DNA of 64,000 nucleotides from Candidatus Omnitrophota bacterium. Its GTDB lineage: Bacteria; Omnitrophota; Gorgyraeia; JAHIPI01. Of this stretch, positions 38,890 to 47,934 are shown one piece after another. The stretch covers positions 12,012 through 76,011 of the forward strand of contig JADHVZ010000002.1 of NCBI GenBank assembly GCA_016783745.1, in the 5' to 3' direction. Both the position numbers and the translations under genes were made by a program. How positions within the stretch are numbered: position 1 is the first letter of the stretch; each line of letters begins with the position of its first letter. The notes beneath the pieces were generated by a model. That model was not told where the DNA came from and did no database searches. It worked only from the letters and a program-made list of their open reading frames with translations.

Positions 38890-39942
38890 CTAAAAATAAT
38901 CGCTAATAAAGTCGCCTACGCTTCTTGAGATCTTTTGCAGTATCCTGGGCCGGCCTTTTCTGCGGGTCAGGCCTTCAAGCCTTCGCTCTGCGCCGTACAG
39001 CGCAAGGCCGATCGATGTCAGATGGGAAGTGTTTTTAATGTCTCTGGCTCTTCCTTTTGCGTTACGCACATATGATGTCTCGGACGGAATACCAAATATC
39101 AAATTCACTTTTTCAACGAAATCCTCATGGATAAAACCTCCGCCTGTCAAATATATCTTAGAGACCGTTTTATCACGGCGGATCTTATCGAGTTTCGACT
39201 TTAGCTCCTCAAGCACGCCGTCCTGTATCACGCTTTTCTCCACAACAGCTGTACCCCTCAACAAGTTGTCGTAAAACAGGCATCCGGAGGTGTAGCTGTT
39301 ATCGATCTCCAATAATATTACGCCTTTTTTCTCAGTTTCCGCCGACAGCAGGCACTTCGAACTCGCGATCCCGGAAAAAACAATATCTTCCATGTCGATA
39401 CCCGCGAGGTTCATCGCCTTGACTATATTCTGCAGGAACGGGACATGTGCCATGACAAGCAAGGCCTCTATCTCCAGCTTTACGCCGTAAAGCCCTACTG
39501 GATTCTCGATATCACTCTGGCCGTCTACCACAAAATCCTGAGGTATCGAATGAATTATTTCTTTCTCAATATTGATCGGCATGGTATTGGCTACCTTAAG
39601 CGCGTCTTTTATGTTTTTGTCGGTGATCTCTTCTCCCCGCAGGTTAAGCTTTGCTATGCCGCGGCTTTTCTCGCTGAATATATTGCCTCCGGAGACTGAG
39701 ATAAAAGCCTTTTGTCCTTCAGATCCGGATTCCTCGCGAGCCATGCGGAGGGCCTTGCGAATGGCACGGCTCAAAACGTCTATGTCGAGGACTCCTTTGC
39801 CGCCCAGGAGTCTTCCTTCCGATTTTCCGAGCCCGGTTACAAGCAGGCCTTCCTCCTTACTTAGGGCCGAAATACATGCCGACACCCTGGAAGAATGAAC
39901 ACTTATGGCAGTAATAATATTGTCTTTTTTTATCTTTTCCAT
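38890..39942 (-). CDS. ftsA: Divergent FtsA-like actin-fold cell-division protein with eroded nucleotide-binding motifs
   Basis: 350 aa, collinear with FtsA (…IENPVGLYGVKLEIEALLVMAHVPFLQNIVKAMNLAGIDMEDIVFSGIASS… aligns with the E. coli FtsA sequence [51 protein letters not shown] recalled from memory). The phosphate motifs are degenerate: DIGGGT is replaced by EIDNSYT, and EIGT by the corresponding N-terminal segment ISVHSS. Confidence 0.7.
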   Translation of the reverse strand: MEKIKKDNIITAISVHSSRVSACISALSKEEGLLVTGLGKSEGRLLGGKGVLDIDVLSRAIRKALRMAREESGSEGQKAFISVSGGNIFSEKSRGIAKLNLRGEEITDKNIKDALKVANTMPINIEKEIIHSIPQDFVVDGQSDIENPVGLYGVKLEIEALLVMAHVPFLQNIVKAMNLAGIDMEDIVFSGIASSKCLLSAETEKKGVILLEIDNSYTSGCLFYDNLLRGTAVVEKSVIQDGVLEELKSKLDKIRRDKTVSKIYLTGGGFIHEDFVEKVNLIFGIPSETSYVRNAKGRARDIKNTSHLTSIGLALYGAERRLEGLTRRKGRPRILQKISRSVGDFISDYF

Positions 39943-40742
39943 TTCGGGCCGATCACCGGTTCTTTAAAGCGAAGGTCTATGTATCTTATGTCTTCGGGCC
40001 TGATCTTAGTGTCCTGCAGTATAGTCTTGAGATTGTTCAGCCTGGATGCGTATTCCTCATGCCCTATCTTGATCTCAAGCCCGTCCTCCAGAAAAAATAT
40101 TGTATTCCTGATGCTTGAGACATCGATTTCCACAAGCTTATGCTCACCAAGTATACCCGATGAATCCAGCTCTTTCAATAAATACAAGGCCTTTTTAACT
40201 CTTTTTGATTCAGCCTTCGACCCGACTTGCATGGAAACATCCATGCGGATACCACTGATTATGGGCAGGTTATTATCGGGTGATTCCTTTACTTTCGACA
40301 GCAAAACAGCATCAGAATCTACAGGGTAGTATAGGCCTTTATGTATCTGCGCTATAGGGTATCTTAGTATCACTTTCGCCATTACTGTGGCCGGAAACGC
40401 CCTGCTAAGCCTCAGATCAGATAACTCCGGATAATCTTGCAGCATGCGCCGCCGGATGCCGTTCAACCCTAACATAAATATATTTTTCCCGACTATCATT
40501 TCCTGAAGGTCGGTATAATTTACGGTAGAATCCGCTGTCTTCCCGGCCAATATAAGTTCCCGCACTACAAAATGAGAGCTTTTAAAATAAAACAGGTAAA
40601 AAGATGTGGCCGTCAGGGCAAGCGCGAACAAGATCGCAAGCGACACTATCAGCTTCTTGCGGGAGGCCGTACCGCCCGGCCCCCTGGCCTTATCACGTTT
40701 CTGCTTACCGCTTTTCGCTATCTTTGCTTTAAAGTATGGCAT
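39930..40742 (-). CDS. ftsQ: Cell division protein FtsQ/DivIB
   Basis: 270 aa with a basic N-terminus, one TM segment, and POTRA and beta domains. It sits between ddl and the ftsA-like gene. Confidence 0.75.
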   Translation of the reverse strand: MPYFKAKIAKSGKQKRDKARGPGGTASRKKLIVSLAILFALALTATSFYLFYFKSSHFVVRELILAGKTADSTVNYTDLQEMIVGKNIFMLGLNGIRRRMLQDYPELSDLRLSRAFPATVMAKVILRYPIAQIHKGLYYPVDSDAVLLSKVKESPDNNLPIISGIRMDVSMQVGSKAESKRVKKALYLLKELDSSGILGEHKLVEIDVSSIRNTIFFLEDGLEIKIGHEEYASRLNNLKTILQDTKIRPEDIRYIDLRFKEPVIGPKWKR

Positions 40743-40757
40743 TTTCTATATCTCCCC

Positions 40758-41690
40758 TTATTTTTTCTTCCCCTTGTTTTCCGTCGCAAGCCGCAACAGC
40801 TTCACGCACAGCTTACCAAAACTTATCCCCGCGGCTTCCGCGGCTTTCGGCATTAGGCTTCTTTCGGTAAGCCCCGGTATTGAGTTGACTTCAAGCACAT
40901 ATATCGCGCCGTCCGGGGAGAGCAGCATGTCAACTCTCGAAAAATCACTGCAGCCCAGAGACTGATGGGCGGCGAGTGCGAGCGCCTGCGCTTTTTCAGC
41001 CAGGCCTTCCGGCAATTCTGCCGGCACCCTGTATTCTGTTTTCTTATTCTTATATTTCGCGTCAAAATCATAGAAGACATTTTCCGGTATTATCTCGACT
41101 ACAGGCAGCGCGGTCTCTTCTAAAATCCCTACTGTTATTTCTCTCGCTTTTATAAATTTCTCGACTATGATGCTGGGTGAGAACATAAACGCATTTCTGC
41201 ACGCGTTATCAAATTCATCTTCATTCCGGGCCATCGACAGCCCGATACTTGAACCTTCATTTTGCGGCTTCACGACAACCGGCAGCGACAAAGAGCCCAG
41301 CGCCTCACGGGACGGTTTGTTAAGTATCTTGTAGTCAGGCACTGGTATATTGTTTTCTTCGAATATCTTTCGCGAGGCTATCTTATCCAGCGCAAGTCGT
41401 GAAGCATTGGCCCCGGAACCTGTATACGGTATGCCCATAGCCTCCAGGATCTTTTGCACGGTCCCGTCTTCGCCGAATCGTCCGTGAAGTGCTATAAAAG
41501 CTATATCCGGCCGGCGGCGCTTCAATTGATTTTCAGCATCTCTTCCGTCAAGTTCCACCAGCTCAGCATCAAGTCCTTCAAGCCTCAGCGCCTCATATAC
41601 AGCCCTGCCTGATCTTAATGAAATATCGCGCTCGTTCGACGGCCCGCCCGCGATAATAGCTACCTTTCCCATGCCTTCAGCATTAGACAA
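40758..41690 (-). CDS. ddl: D-alanine--D-alanine ligase
   Basis: 310-aa ATP-grasp protein with Ddl N-terminal and C-terminal domains. Confidence 0.95.
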   Translation of the reverse strand: MSNAEGMGKVAIIAGGPSNERDISLRSGRAVYEALRLEGLDAELVELDGRDAENQLKRRRPDIAFIALHGRFGEDGTVQKILEAMGIPYTGSGANASRLALDKIASRKIFEENNIPVPDYKILNKPSREALGSLSLPVVVKPQNEGSSIGLSMARNEDEFDNACRNAFMFSPSIIVEKFIKAREITVGILEETALPVVEIIPENVFYDFDAKYKNKKTEYRVPAELPEGLAEKAQALALAAHQSLGCSDFSRVDMLLSPDGAIYVLEVNSIPGLTERSLMPKAAEAAGISFGKLCVKLLRLATENKGKKK

Positions 41691-42606
41691 TTTTTATCTC
41701 CGTTGACAGCTCGACGCCGCTTTTATTCCTGACGCTCTTTTTCGCAAGATAGATAAGGCTCATAACATCGCTGGCGCTGGCCCTTCCCCTGTTCACTATG
41801 AAATTAGCGTGTTTTGGCGAGATCAAAGCGCCGCCCGAGGACTTGCCTTTAAGCCCGCATTCATCTATAAGGGCGCCGGCGGACCTATCGAGATCAACAG
41901 GATTTTTAAAAATGCAGCCGGCGCTCGCTATTCGAAGCTCCTGGGTCTGCTTCTTTTTTAACAAATAATTATCGCATTCTCTCCTGATATCGCTTTCGCC
42001 TTTCTTTATCAAATTAAATTTTACTTCAAGGATCATACTGTCTTTAAGGCTGACTGACTTGTTGCTGAACGAAAATTCGAGCTTATTTAATAGCTTGATC
42101 CCGCCGTCACGCTCCATTACCCTGATCTCTTCGACAAAATCTCCGATATTATGCCACTCAACGGTATTTTCATAATGCCTTGACGCGGCATTCGTCATAG
42201 TGGCTCCGCCGACTGATCCGGGGATACCCGAAAGAAACTCCAGTCCGCCCAACCCTCTGTCGCCGCAGAACCGCAAAAATTCATTAAGAGATACTGAGGA
42301 GGAAACGCATACCTTTTGGCCGCTCCAGAAGATATAATTCAAACTGGGAGAACTCATATTTATGACAACACCCTTTATGCCTTCGTCTCTGACCAGAATA
42401 TTTGTTCCGTTGCCCAGTGGAATAACCGGAATATTATTTTTTCTGGCAGTCAGAGCGCACTTCTTCAGATCGTCGATGTCTTGAGGTTCGAACCATATCT
42501 CGGCAGGCCCGCCTATCCGGAATGACGTGTGTCTATACATCGGCTCACCGTAACGCACCTTTCCTCTCACATTTGATCTTATGATCTTTTTTATGTCATT
42601 TGTCAT
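41683..42606 (-). CDS. murB: UDP-N-acetylenolpyruvoylglucosamine reductase
   Basis: 307 aa with FAD-binding PCMH and MurB C-terminal domains. Confidence 0.9.
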   Translation of the reverse strand: MTNDIKKIIRSNVRGKVRYGEPMYRHTSFRIGGPAEIWFEPQDIDDLKKCALTARKNNIPVIPLGNGTNILVRDEGIKGVVINMSSPSLNYIFWSGQKVCVSSSVSLNEFLRFCGDRGLGGLEFLSGIPGSVGGATMTNAASRHYENTVEWHNIGDFVEEIRVMERDGGIKLLNKLEFSFSNKSVSLKDSMILEVKFNLIKKGESDIRRECDNYLLKKKQTQELRIASAGCIFKNPVDLDRSAGALIDECGLKGKSSGGALISPKHANFIVNRGRASASDVMSLIYLAKKSVRNKSGVELSTEIKIV

Positions 42607-43958
42607 ATCTTAGACTTAAGCTCCTCCGCGACTTCGTTTATATCTCCGGCGCCGAGCACAAGAACCATATCACCGCTTCCGGCTATCTTTCTTATATGCG
42701 GGCTGATCTCTTCTTTTTTCATATACTCGACGTTCTTGATGCCGCTTCTCTTCATCTCCAGATAAAGATTCTTTGAGCTGATATCCGGAATAGCCTTTTC
42801 GCTTGCCGAATAAATATCAGCCAGAATAGTATGCCCGGCCGCCCGAAAACATCCTATATAATCCTTAAAAAGATCTTTTGTCCTGGTATACCTATGAGGC
42901 TGAAAAACCACTATTACATTTTTCTTCAAAGGCAGGCACGCCCTCAGAACTGCTTCGATCTCCGCTGGATGGTGAGCGTAATCCTCTATCACCATCATAC
43001 CGCCCTTTGTTTTTTTGATCTCGAACCTTCTCTTAGTGCCCTTGTACGCGGCCAACGCGGCCTTTATAACATGAAAATCTATTCCGGCGTCATGGGCCAC
43101 GGATATCGCGGCTAAGGCGTTTGTCACATTGTGCGATCCCGGCGTAGTGAATTTTATGTCTCCGGGCATGGCCTTCCCGTCGATAGAACATTTGAACATC
43201 ATATCAAGGCCTGATTGCCTTATTCCGGCGGCCTGTACTCTGGCGTTTTTAGCCGTTCCGAAGCCGGATTTATTTCCCGGATATTTTGCGCATGATCCCG
43301 CCAGCAGCGCATCATCGGTATTATAGTAAAGCATCCCGCCCTTTTTGATATTATCCGTGAATCTTTCGTAAATATCGACCGCGTTTTCTATTGACTTAAA
43401 ATAATCCAGATGCTCCCTGTCTATGTTCAGCAACACCGCTTTATCAGGGTAAAATTTGAGAAAAGAGCCGTCACTTTCGTCCGCTTCGAATATAAAATGA
43501 TCGCCGTCTCCGGATAGGATGTTAGAATGAAAATTCAGGACTTCACCGCCGATAGCCGCGGACGGCTTCAGTCCGGCGGCTTCAAAGATCAGCGCTATAA
43601 AAGCTGTGGTGGTGGTTTTGCCGTGCGCCCCGGTAACAGCAATACTCTTTTTGGGCTCTGCCAGCTTCGACAGCATATCAGCCCGGTGTATGACAGGTAT
43701 ACCCGTCTTGCGGGCTGATTCAAGCTCCGCGTTGTCGCCCGGTATGGAACTTGAATACACTACCAGATCACATCCTTCCAGATTTCCGCTGTCATGGCCT
43801 ATCCGGCAGCGTATACCTTCGGCCTTCATCTCCTTGATTATACTGTTTTCCTTCGTGTCGGAACCCGTCACTTCATATCCCCGGCGCTTCAATATCCTGG
43901 CGATACCGCTCATGCCTATTCCGCCGATTCCCACAAAGTGGATCTTATTATACGTCAT
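42603..43958 (-). CDS. murC: UDP-N-acetylmuramate--L-alanine ligase
   Basis: 451-aa Mur ligase with GIGGIGMSG and GTHGKTTTT motifs. Confidence 0.95.
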   Translation of the reverse strand: MTYNKIHFVGIGGIGMSGIARILKRRGYEVTGSDTKENSIIKEMKAEGIRCRIGHDSGNLEGCDLVVYSSSIPGDNAELESARKTGIPVIHRADMLSKLAEPKKSIAVTGAHGKTTTTAFIALIFEAAGLKPSAAIGGEVLNFHSNILSGDGDHFIFEADESDGSFLKFYPDKAVLLNIDREHLDYFKSIENAVDIYERFTDNIKKGGMLYYNTDDALLAGSCAKYPGNKSGFGTAKNARVQAAGIRQSGLDMMFKCSIDGKAMPGDIKFTTPGSHNVTNALAAISVAHDAGIDFHVIKAALAAYKGTKRRFEIKKTKGGMMVIEDYAHHPAEIEAVLRACLPLKKNVIVVFQPHRYTRTKDLFKDYIGCFRAAGHTILADIYSASEKAIPDISSKNLYLEMKRSGIKNVEYMKKEEISPHIRKIAGSGDMVLVLGAGDINEVAEELKSKI

Positions 43959-45091
43959 AGTGATCTCGTCTTAAGTTTCATCAGCCTTCCTATCTCATTC
44001 GAAAGGGCCTTTGCCGCGTCAGTTTTAGCCAGCGAACCCATGGCTGCTTTCATGGAATCTCTGAGGCCGCCGTCTTTCATAAGTTCGGCTAGCTTTGAAA
44101 GCAGGGTTTCTTCTGATAGGTCCTTCTCATCTATGACGCAGGCGGCGCCTCTATCACCGAGAAAGGAGGCGTTCCGCGTTTGATGCCTTTCCGCGAAGGG
44201 ATACGGTATCAAGATACAAGGTATCCTGTGCGCGCACAATTCAAAGATCGCCGACGAACCTGCCCTGCTGATCGCGACGTCCGCGGCGCTGTAAACAACA
44301 CCCATACCCTTGAAAAAAGGATACACTACGTGCCGCATACCGGTCTTCCCGTATTCCGCTTTCACGTTCTCATAGTCACTCTCTCCGCAAATATGCACTA
44401 CCTGGATTTTATTCTTCGATCCGGCGTCCATATTCTTAAACATGTCAACGGTTATTATATTGATGCCGCTGGAACCCTGGCTGCCGCCCATCACAAGAAC
44501 CGTAAATCTATCGGTCTCAAGGCTCAAAAACTCCCTGCAAACACCTTTGTCCTGAACATTTACCGCTAATGCGCTTATGGGGTTGCCGGTGACAACTGTG
44601 TTTTTCGACGGTTTTCCGGTATCGTCCGGAAAAGATAGCGCCACCTTTGTAGCGAAGGCCCGCATCATCCTGTTGGCCCTGCCCATTGCGGCATTCTGCT
44701 CATGTATCAAAGTAGGTACGCCCAATAGCGAAGACGCCACAAACGGAGGCCCGGCCACGTATGCGCCGAATCCGACAAAAAAATCCGGCTTGCCGGAGAA
44801 TATTATCCGCATGGATTTCAGTGACCCTTTTATCAGCGAATAAGCAAAACTAAACAACTTTCCGGGCGAACGGATATTCAGGCCCTTGACCGGCAGTGTA
44901 TGGAAATCAAAGCGGCTCTCCCTTAAAAGAGACTTGCCAAGGGCATTATCGGTAGTTAAAAAAGATACCTCGACGCTGTCCCCGTAATCCTTTATTATCT
45001 CCTCTGCCAGCGCAAGCCCCGGAAAAATATGGCCGGCGCTCCCGCCGCAGGCTATGAATATCTTTTTTTTATCTCGCATTACCCCTTCCAA
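43955..45091 (-). CDS. murG: UDP-GlcNAc:undecaprenyl-PP-MurNAc-pentapeptide GlcNAc transferase
   Basis: 378-aa GT28 protein. The N-terminus carries GGSAGHIFPGLA. Confidence 0.95.
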   Translation of the reverse strand: MEGVMRDKKKIFIACGGSAGHIFPGLALAEEIIKDYGDSVEVSFLTTDNALGKSLLRESRFDFHTLPVKGLNIRSPGKLFSFAYSLIKGSLKSMRIIFSGKPDFFVGFGAYVAGPPFVASSLLGVPTLIHEQNAAMGRANRMMRAFATKVALSFPDDTGKPSKNTVVTGNPISALAVNVQDKGVCREFLSLETDRFTVLVMGGSQGSSGINIITVDMFKNMDAGSKNKIQVVHICGESDYENVKAEYGKTGMRHVVYPFFKGMGVVYSAADVAISRAGSSAIFELCAHRIPCILIPYPFAERHQTRNASFLGDRGAACVIDEKDLSEETLLSKLAELMKDGGLRDSMKAAMGSLAKTDAAKALSNEIGRLMKLKTRSL

Positions 45092-46166
45092 GATTCAGTA
45101 ACATGCCTATCAGCATCATATGAGTCACAAGCGAAGTCCCTCCGTAACTGAGAAACGGTAACGGCAGGCCTTTTGTCGGCAGACTTCCGGTGGACACACC
45201 TATGTTTATTATCGCTTCAAGTCCTATTATAGACGTGATCCCGAATGCCAGCAAGCGTGAAAATTCAGAACCCTTTTTAAAAGTTATCCTCATCCCGTTC
45301 CATATCAAGACACCAAACAAAATAACGATCAATCCCGCGCCTACGAAACCCATCTCCTCCCCGATTATGGAAAATATAAAGTCCGTATGGGATTCCGGCA
45401 GATAAAAAAGTTTCTGCTTTGAATTGCCAAGTCCGACGCCAAAGATGCCTCCGGATCCCAGAGCGGTAAAGGACTGTATCATCTGAAATCCCGTGCCTTT
45501 TGGATCCTTCCACGGATCAACGAAGGCCATGATCCTGGCAAACCTGTATGGACTGCTTATGATCAATAGTCCGACCAGAGGCAAGCCGGCGATAAAGGTC
45601 ATAAAGAGATGTTTTATTTTAGCTCCGTACGCATACAGCAATATAATACCTACTACAGCCAGCTCGACCGAACTGCCCAGGTCAGGCTGTATGATGACCA
45701 GGCCGCTCAACGCCGAGATAACAAAGAGGGCAGGCAGATATACCCTTACAAGCGAATCACCCGCGAGCGATTTCCTGTCCAGGAAATCAGCAAGATATAT
45801 TAAGAGGGCCGGCTTAACGACCTCAACAGGCTGAAAATTCAAAAAACCGATTTTGAGCCATCTCCTGGCGCCGCTTACAGATAACCCGACTCCGGGGATC
45901 AGGACCAGGATGAGCATCACGAAGGCAAAGAACATCATTTTTTTCGAATGAGCCCTTAATATATTAAGATCGATAGTCATAAAAATAAATGCAGCGAATA
46001 GGCCTATCAATAGCGATATGATATGGCGCTTTAAAAAAAATAGATTATCGCCGAACCTATCATACGCGTAAACCGCGCTCGAGCTGTATATCATCACTAC
46101 GCCTATAGATACCAGCGTCGCCGTAACTGCGAATATAGATATCCTGGCCCCTCTCAAGCTTTGCAT
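45069..46166 (-). CDS. ftsW: Cell division protein FtsW (SEDS glycosyltransferase)
   Basis: 365-aa polytopic FtsW/RodA-family protein between murD and murG. Confidence 0.9.
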   Translation of the reverse strand: MQSLRGARISIFAVTATLVSIGVVMIYSSSAVYAYDRFGDNLFFLKRHIISLLIGLFAAFIFMTIDLNILRAHSKKMMFFAFVMLILVLIPGVGLSVSGARRWLKIGFLNFQPVEVVKPALLIYLADFLDRKSLAGDSLVRVYLPALFVISALSGLVIIQPDLGSSVELAVVGIILLYAYGAKIKHLFMTFIAGLPLVGLLIISSPYRFARIMAFVDPWKDPKGTGFQMIQSFTALGSGGIFGVGLGNSKQKLFYLPESHTDFIFSIIGEEMGFVGAGLIVILFGVLIWNGMRITFKKGSEFSRLLAFGITSIIGLEAIINIGVSTGSLPTKGLPLPFLSYGGTSLVTHMMLIGMLLNLGRGNAR

Positions 46167-46179
46167 ATATCACTCATTT

Positions 46180-47526
46180 TTAGGAAAGTGCCCTGCGGAA
46201 GACGGATGCCTTGAATTCATCCCCCCGCTCTTTATAATTTTTAAACATATCGAAGCTGGAGCACATGGGCGAGAGGATCACCGCGTCGCCACTTTGAGCG
46301 GCCTTTCCGGAAAATGTAACGGCTTCCTGCAGTGTACCGCATTCATGTATCCGCACATCTTGACCGTTTAACGCGCTCCTTATTTTGGATCTCGTTTCGC
46401 CTATTAAAACAGCATATTTTATTTTTTTTGCCAGCTCGATTATAGGGCTGTAATCGCTGCCCTTATCCCTTCCTCCGGCTATCAGAATGACACTCTGCTC
46501 GGGGAAATCCCTCAGCGCCTTCATTGTGCTGTCAACAGTAGTGCTCTTAGAATCGTTTATATATTTTACACCGTCTATTTCGTACACCAGTTCAAATCTA
46601 TGAGGAAGGGCCTTAAAGCTTCTTATAGCATCCAGCATATCTGCGTTGCGGATGTTCAGCTTTAAAACCAGAAAGGCCGCAAGGGCGTTTTGAATATTAT
46701 GAATTCCGCGCAGGCCGGTTTCGCTCCCGCCGCATACATCGACCGGGCCGCTTCCTGTATCAATGAATATTCTCTGGTTTGACAAATAGCTGCCTCTGAC
46801 CTTTTCTTTGACGCTGAAATAGAAGCATTCGGCTTTCACGCCATCCGCCATTCTTCTTACCGCGGGATCATCGTGATCGAGGATCGCGTAGTCTCCGGAT
46901 CCCTGATTCTCGAATATCCGCGACTTTGCTTCACGGTATTTCTTCATGTTTTTATATCTATCCAGATGGTCCTGCGTGACATTAAGTAAAACTGATATTT
47001 TGGGCCTGAATCTCTCTATCGTCTCGAGTTGGAATGAGCTTACTTCAAGAGACACTACAGAGCCGGGTGAGATATCCAGGACCTCTTCGCATATCGGCCT
47101 GCCGATGTTGCCTAAAAGATGCGATCGCATTCCGTTAACGCCAAGCATATGGTGGATCATGGACACAGTCGTGCTTTTGCCGTTTGTGCCCGTCACAGCC
47201 ACTATAGGTGAGCGGCAGAAACGATATCCTAATTCAAGCTCGCTGATCACAGGTATGCCGGCATCCCTGGCCCACTTTAGCGGCTCCGCGTCAAAGGCGA
47301 CTCCGGGACTCGTGACCACAAGGTCGCTTTTTTCGATAAAGCCTTTTGAATGCGCTCCCATTTCACTCTCGACTTCACCCAAGGCTTCAAGCTTGGCCCG
47401 GATGGCGTCATCGTCGCGGGATTCGCTGATGCGCGCGCTCGCGCCAACACGCTTTAACAGCTTCGCCGCGCTAAACCCACTCTCCGATAATCCAATAACT
47501 GTTACCCGCTTATTCGCTATATCCAT
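46180..47526 (-). CDS. murD: UDP-N-acetylmuramoylalanine--D-glutamate ligase
   Basis: Mur ligase with the motif VTGTNGKSTT. The start is better placed at MDIANKRV (the ATG at 47526, preceded by a GGAGG RBS). The ORF-track N-extension (SPNDTSPNDT…) merely translates a 15-bp tandem repeat. Confidence 0.9.
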   Translation of the reverse strand: MDIANKRVTVIGLSESGFSAAKLLKRVGASARISESRDDDAIRAKLEALGEVESEMGAHSKGFIEKSDLVVTSPGVAFDAEPLKWARDAGIPVISELELGYRFCRSPIVAVTGTNGKSTTVSMIHHMLGVNGMRSHLLGNIGRPICEEVLDISPGSVVSLEVSSFQLETIERFRPKISVLLNVTQDHLDRYKNMKKYREAKSRIFENQGSGDYAILDHDDPAVRRMADGVKAECFYFSVKEKVRGSYLSNQRIFIDTGSGPVDVCGGSETGLRGIHNIQNALAAFLVLKLNIRNADMLDAIRSFKALPHRFELVYEIDGVKYINDSKSTTVDSTMKALRDFPEQSVILIAGGRDKGSDYSPIIELAKKIKYAVLIGETRSKIRSALNGQDVRIHECGTLQEAVTFSGKAAQSGDAVILSPMCSSFDMFKNYKERGDEFKASVFRRALS

Positions 47527-47538
47527 ATATCCTCCAGA

Positions 47539-47613
47539 GGGGGACGTGCCACTTGGGGACGTGTCATTAGGGGACGTGTCATTAGGGGACGGTCCAAAAG
47601 GGGACACACCATA
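47539..47613. repeat. Tandem array of five imperfect 15-bp repeats (consensus GGGGACGTGTCATTA) just upstream of murD
   Basis: Read directly from the sequence: ggggacgtgccactt, ggggacgtgtcatta, ggggacgtgtcatta, ggggacggtccaaaa, ggggacacaccatac. Confidence 0.8.
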
Positions 47614-47686
47614 CTAACTAAGCGATCTGCCCCCTCCTTACTCATCATCTTAAGGTTTTTCATTTTTATCATTATGGTATGTTGTA

Positions 47687-47925
47687 AAGCAATGTTGATC
47701 TTCTCTCGCTCCATAAAAATTTTTAACGCCTCTCACGGCGCAAAAAATCGGGGTCGGTCAACTCGCTCGACACTGCCGTGTCGGCTCGTACTTTCGCTTC
47801 GTTTTACGAATCGAAAGTACCGGAGCGTTGCGGGTGCGGCCGGACAATGTGACCGCCCTTTTAGAAACCGATTTTTTGCTTGTTCGAGGCTAAATTTTTG
47901 AGTCGCTCGAGAATGATCAACATTG
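47687..47925. repeat. Nested palindromic element of about 240 bp, a MITE-like or structured-RNA candidate, in the mraY-murD intergenic region
   Basis: The terminal inverted repeats are aagcaatgttgatc…ctctcgctc (47688-) and gagtcgctcgag…gatcaacattgctt (-47925). The inner inverted repeats are gcaaaaaatcgg (47742) / ccgattttttgc (47866) and a central hairpin gtactttcg…cgaaagtac. Confidence 0.6.
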
Positions 47926-47934
47926 CTTATAGCC

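Noticed and set aside
47517-47901. ORFs 47517-47714 (minus) and 47674-47901 (plus) in the mraY-murD spacer
   Set aside because: They run through the 15-bp tandem array and the long palindrome. Their translations are repeat-derived (…RPLMTRPLMTRP…) and not protein-like.
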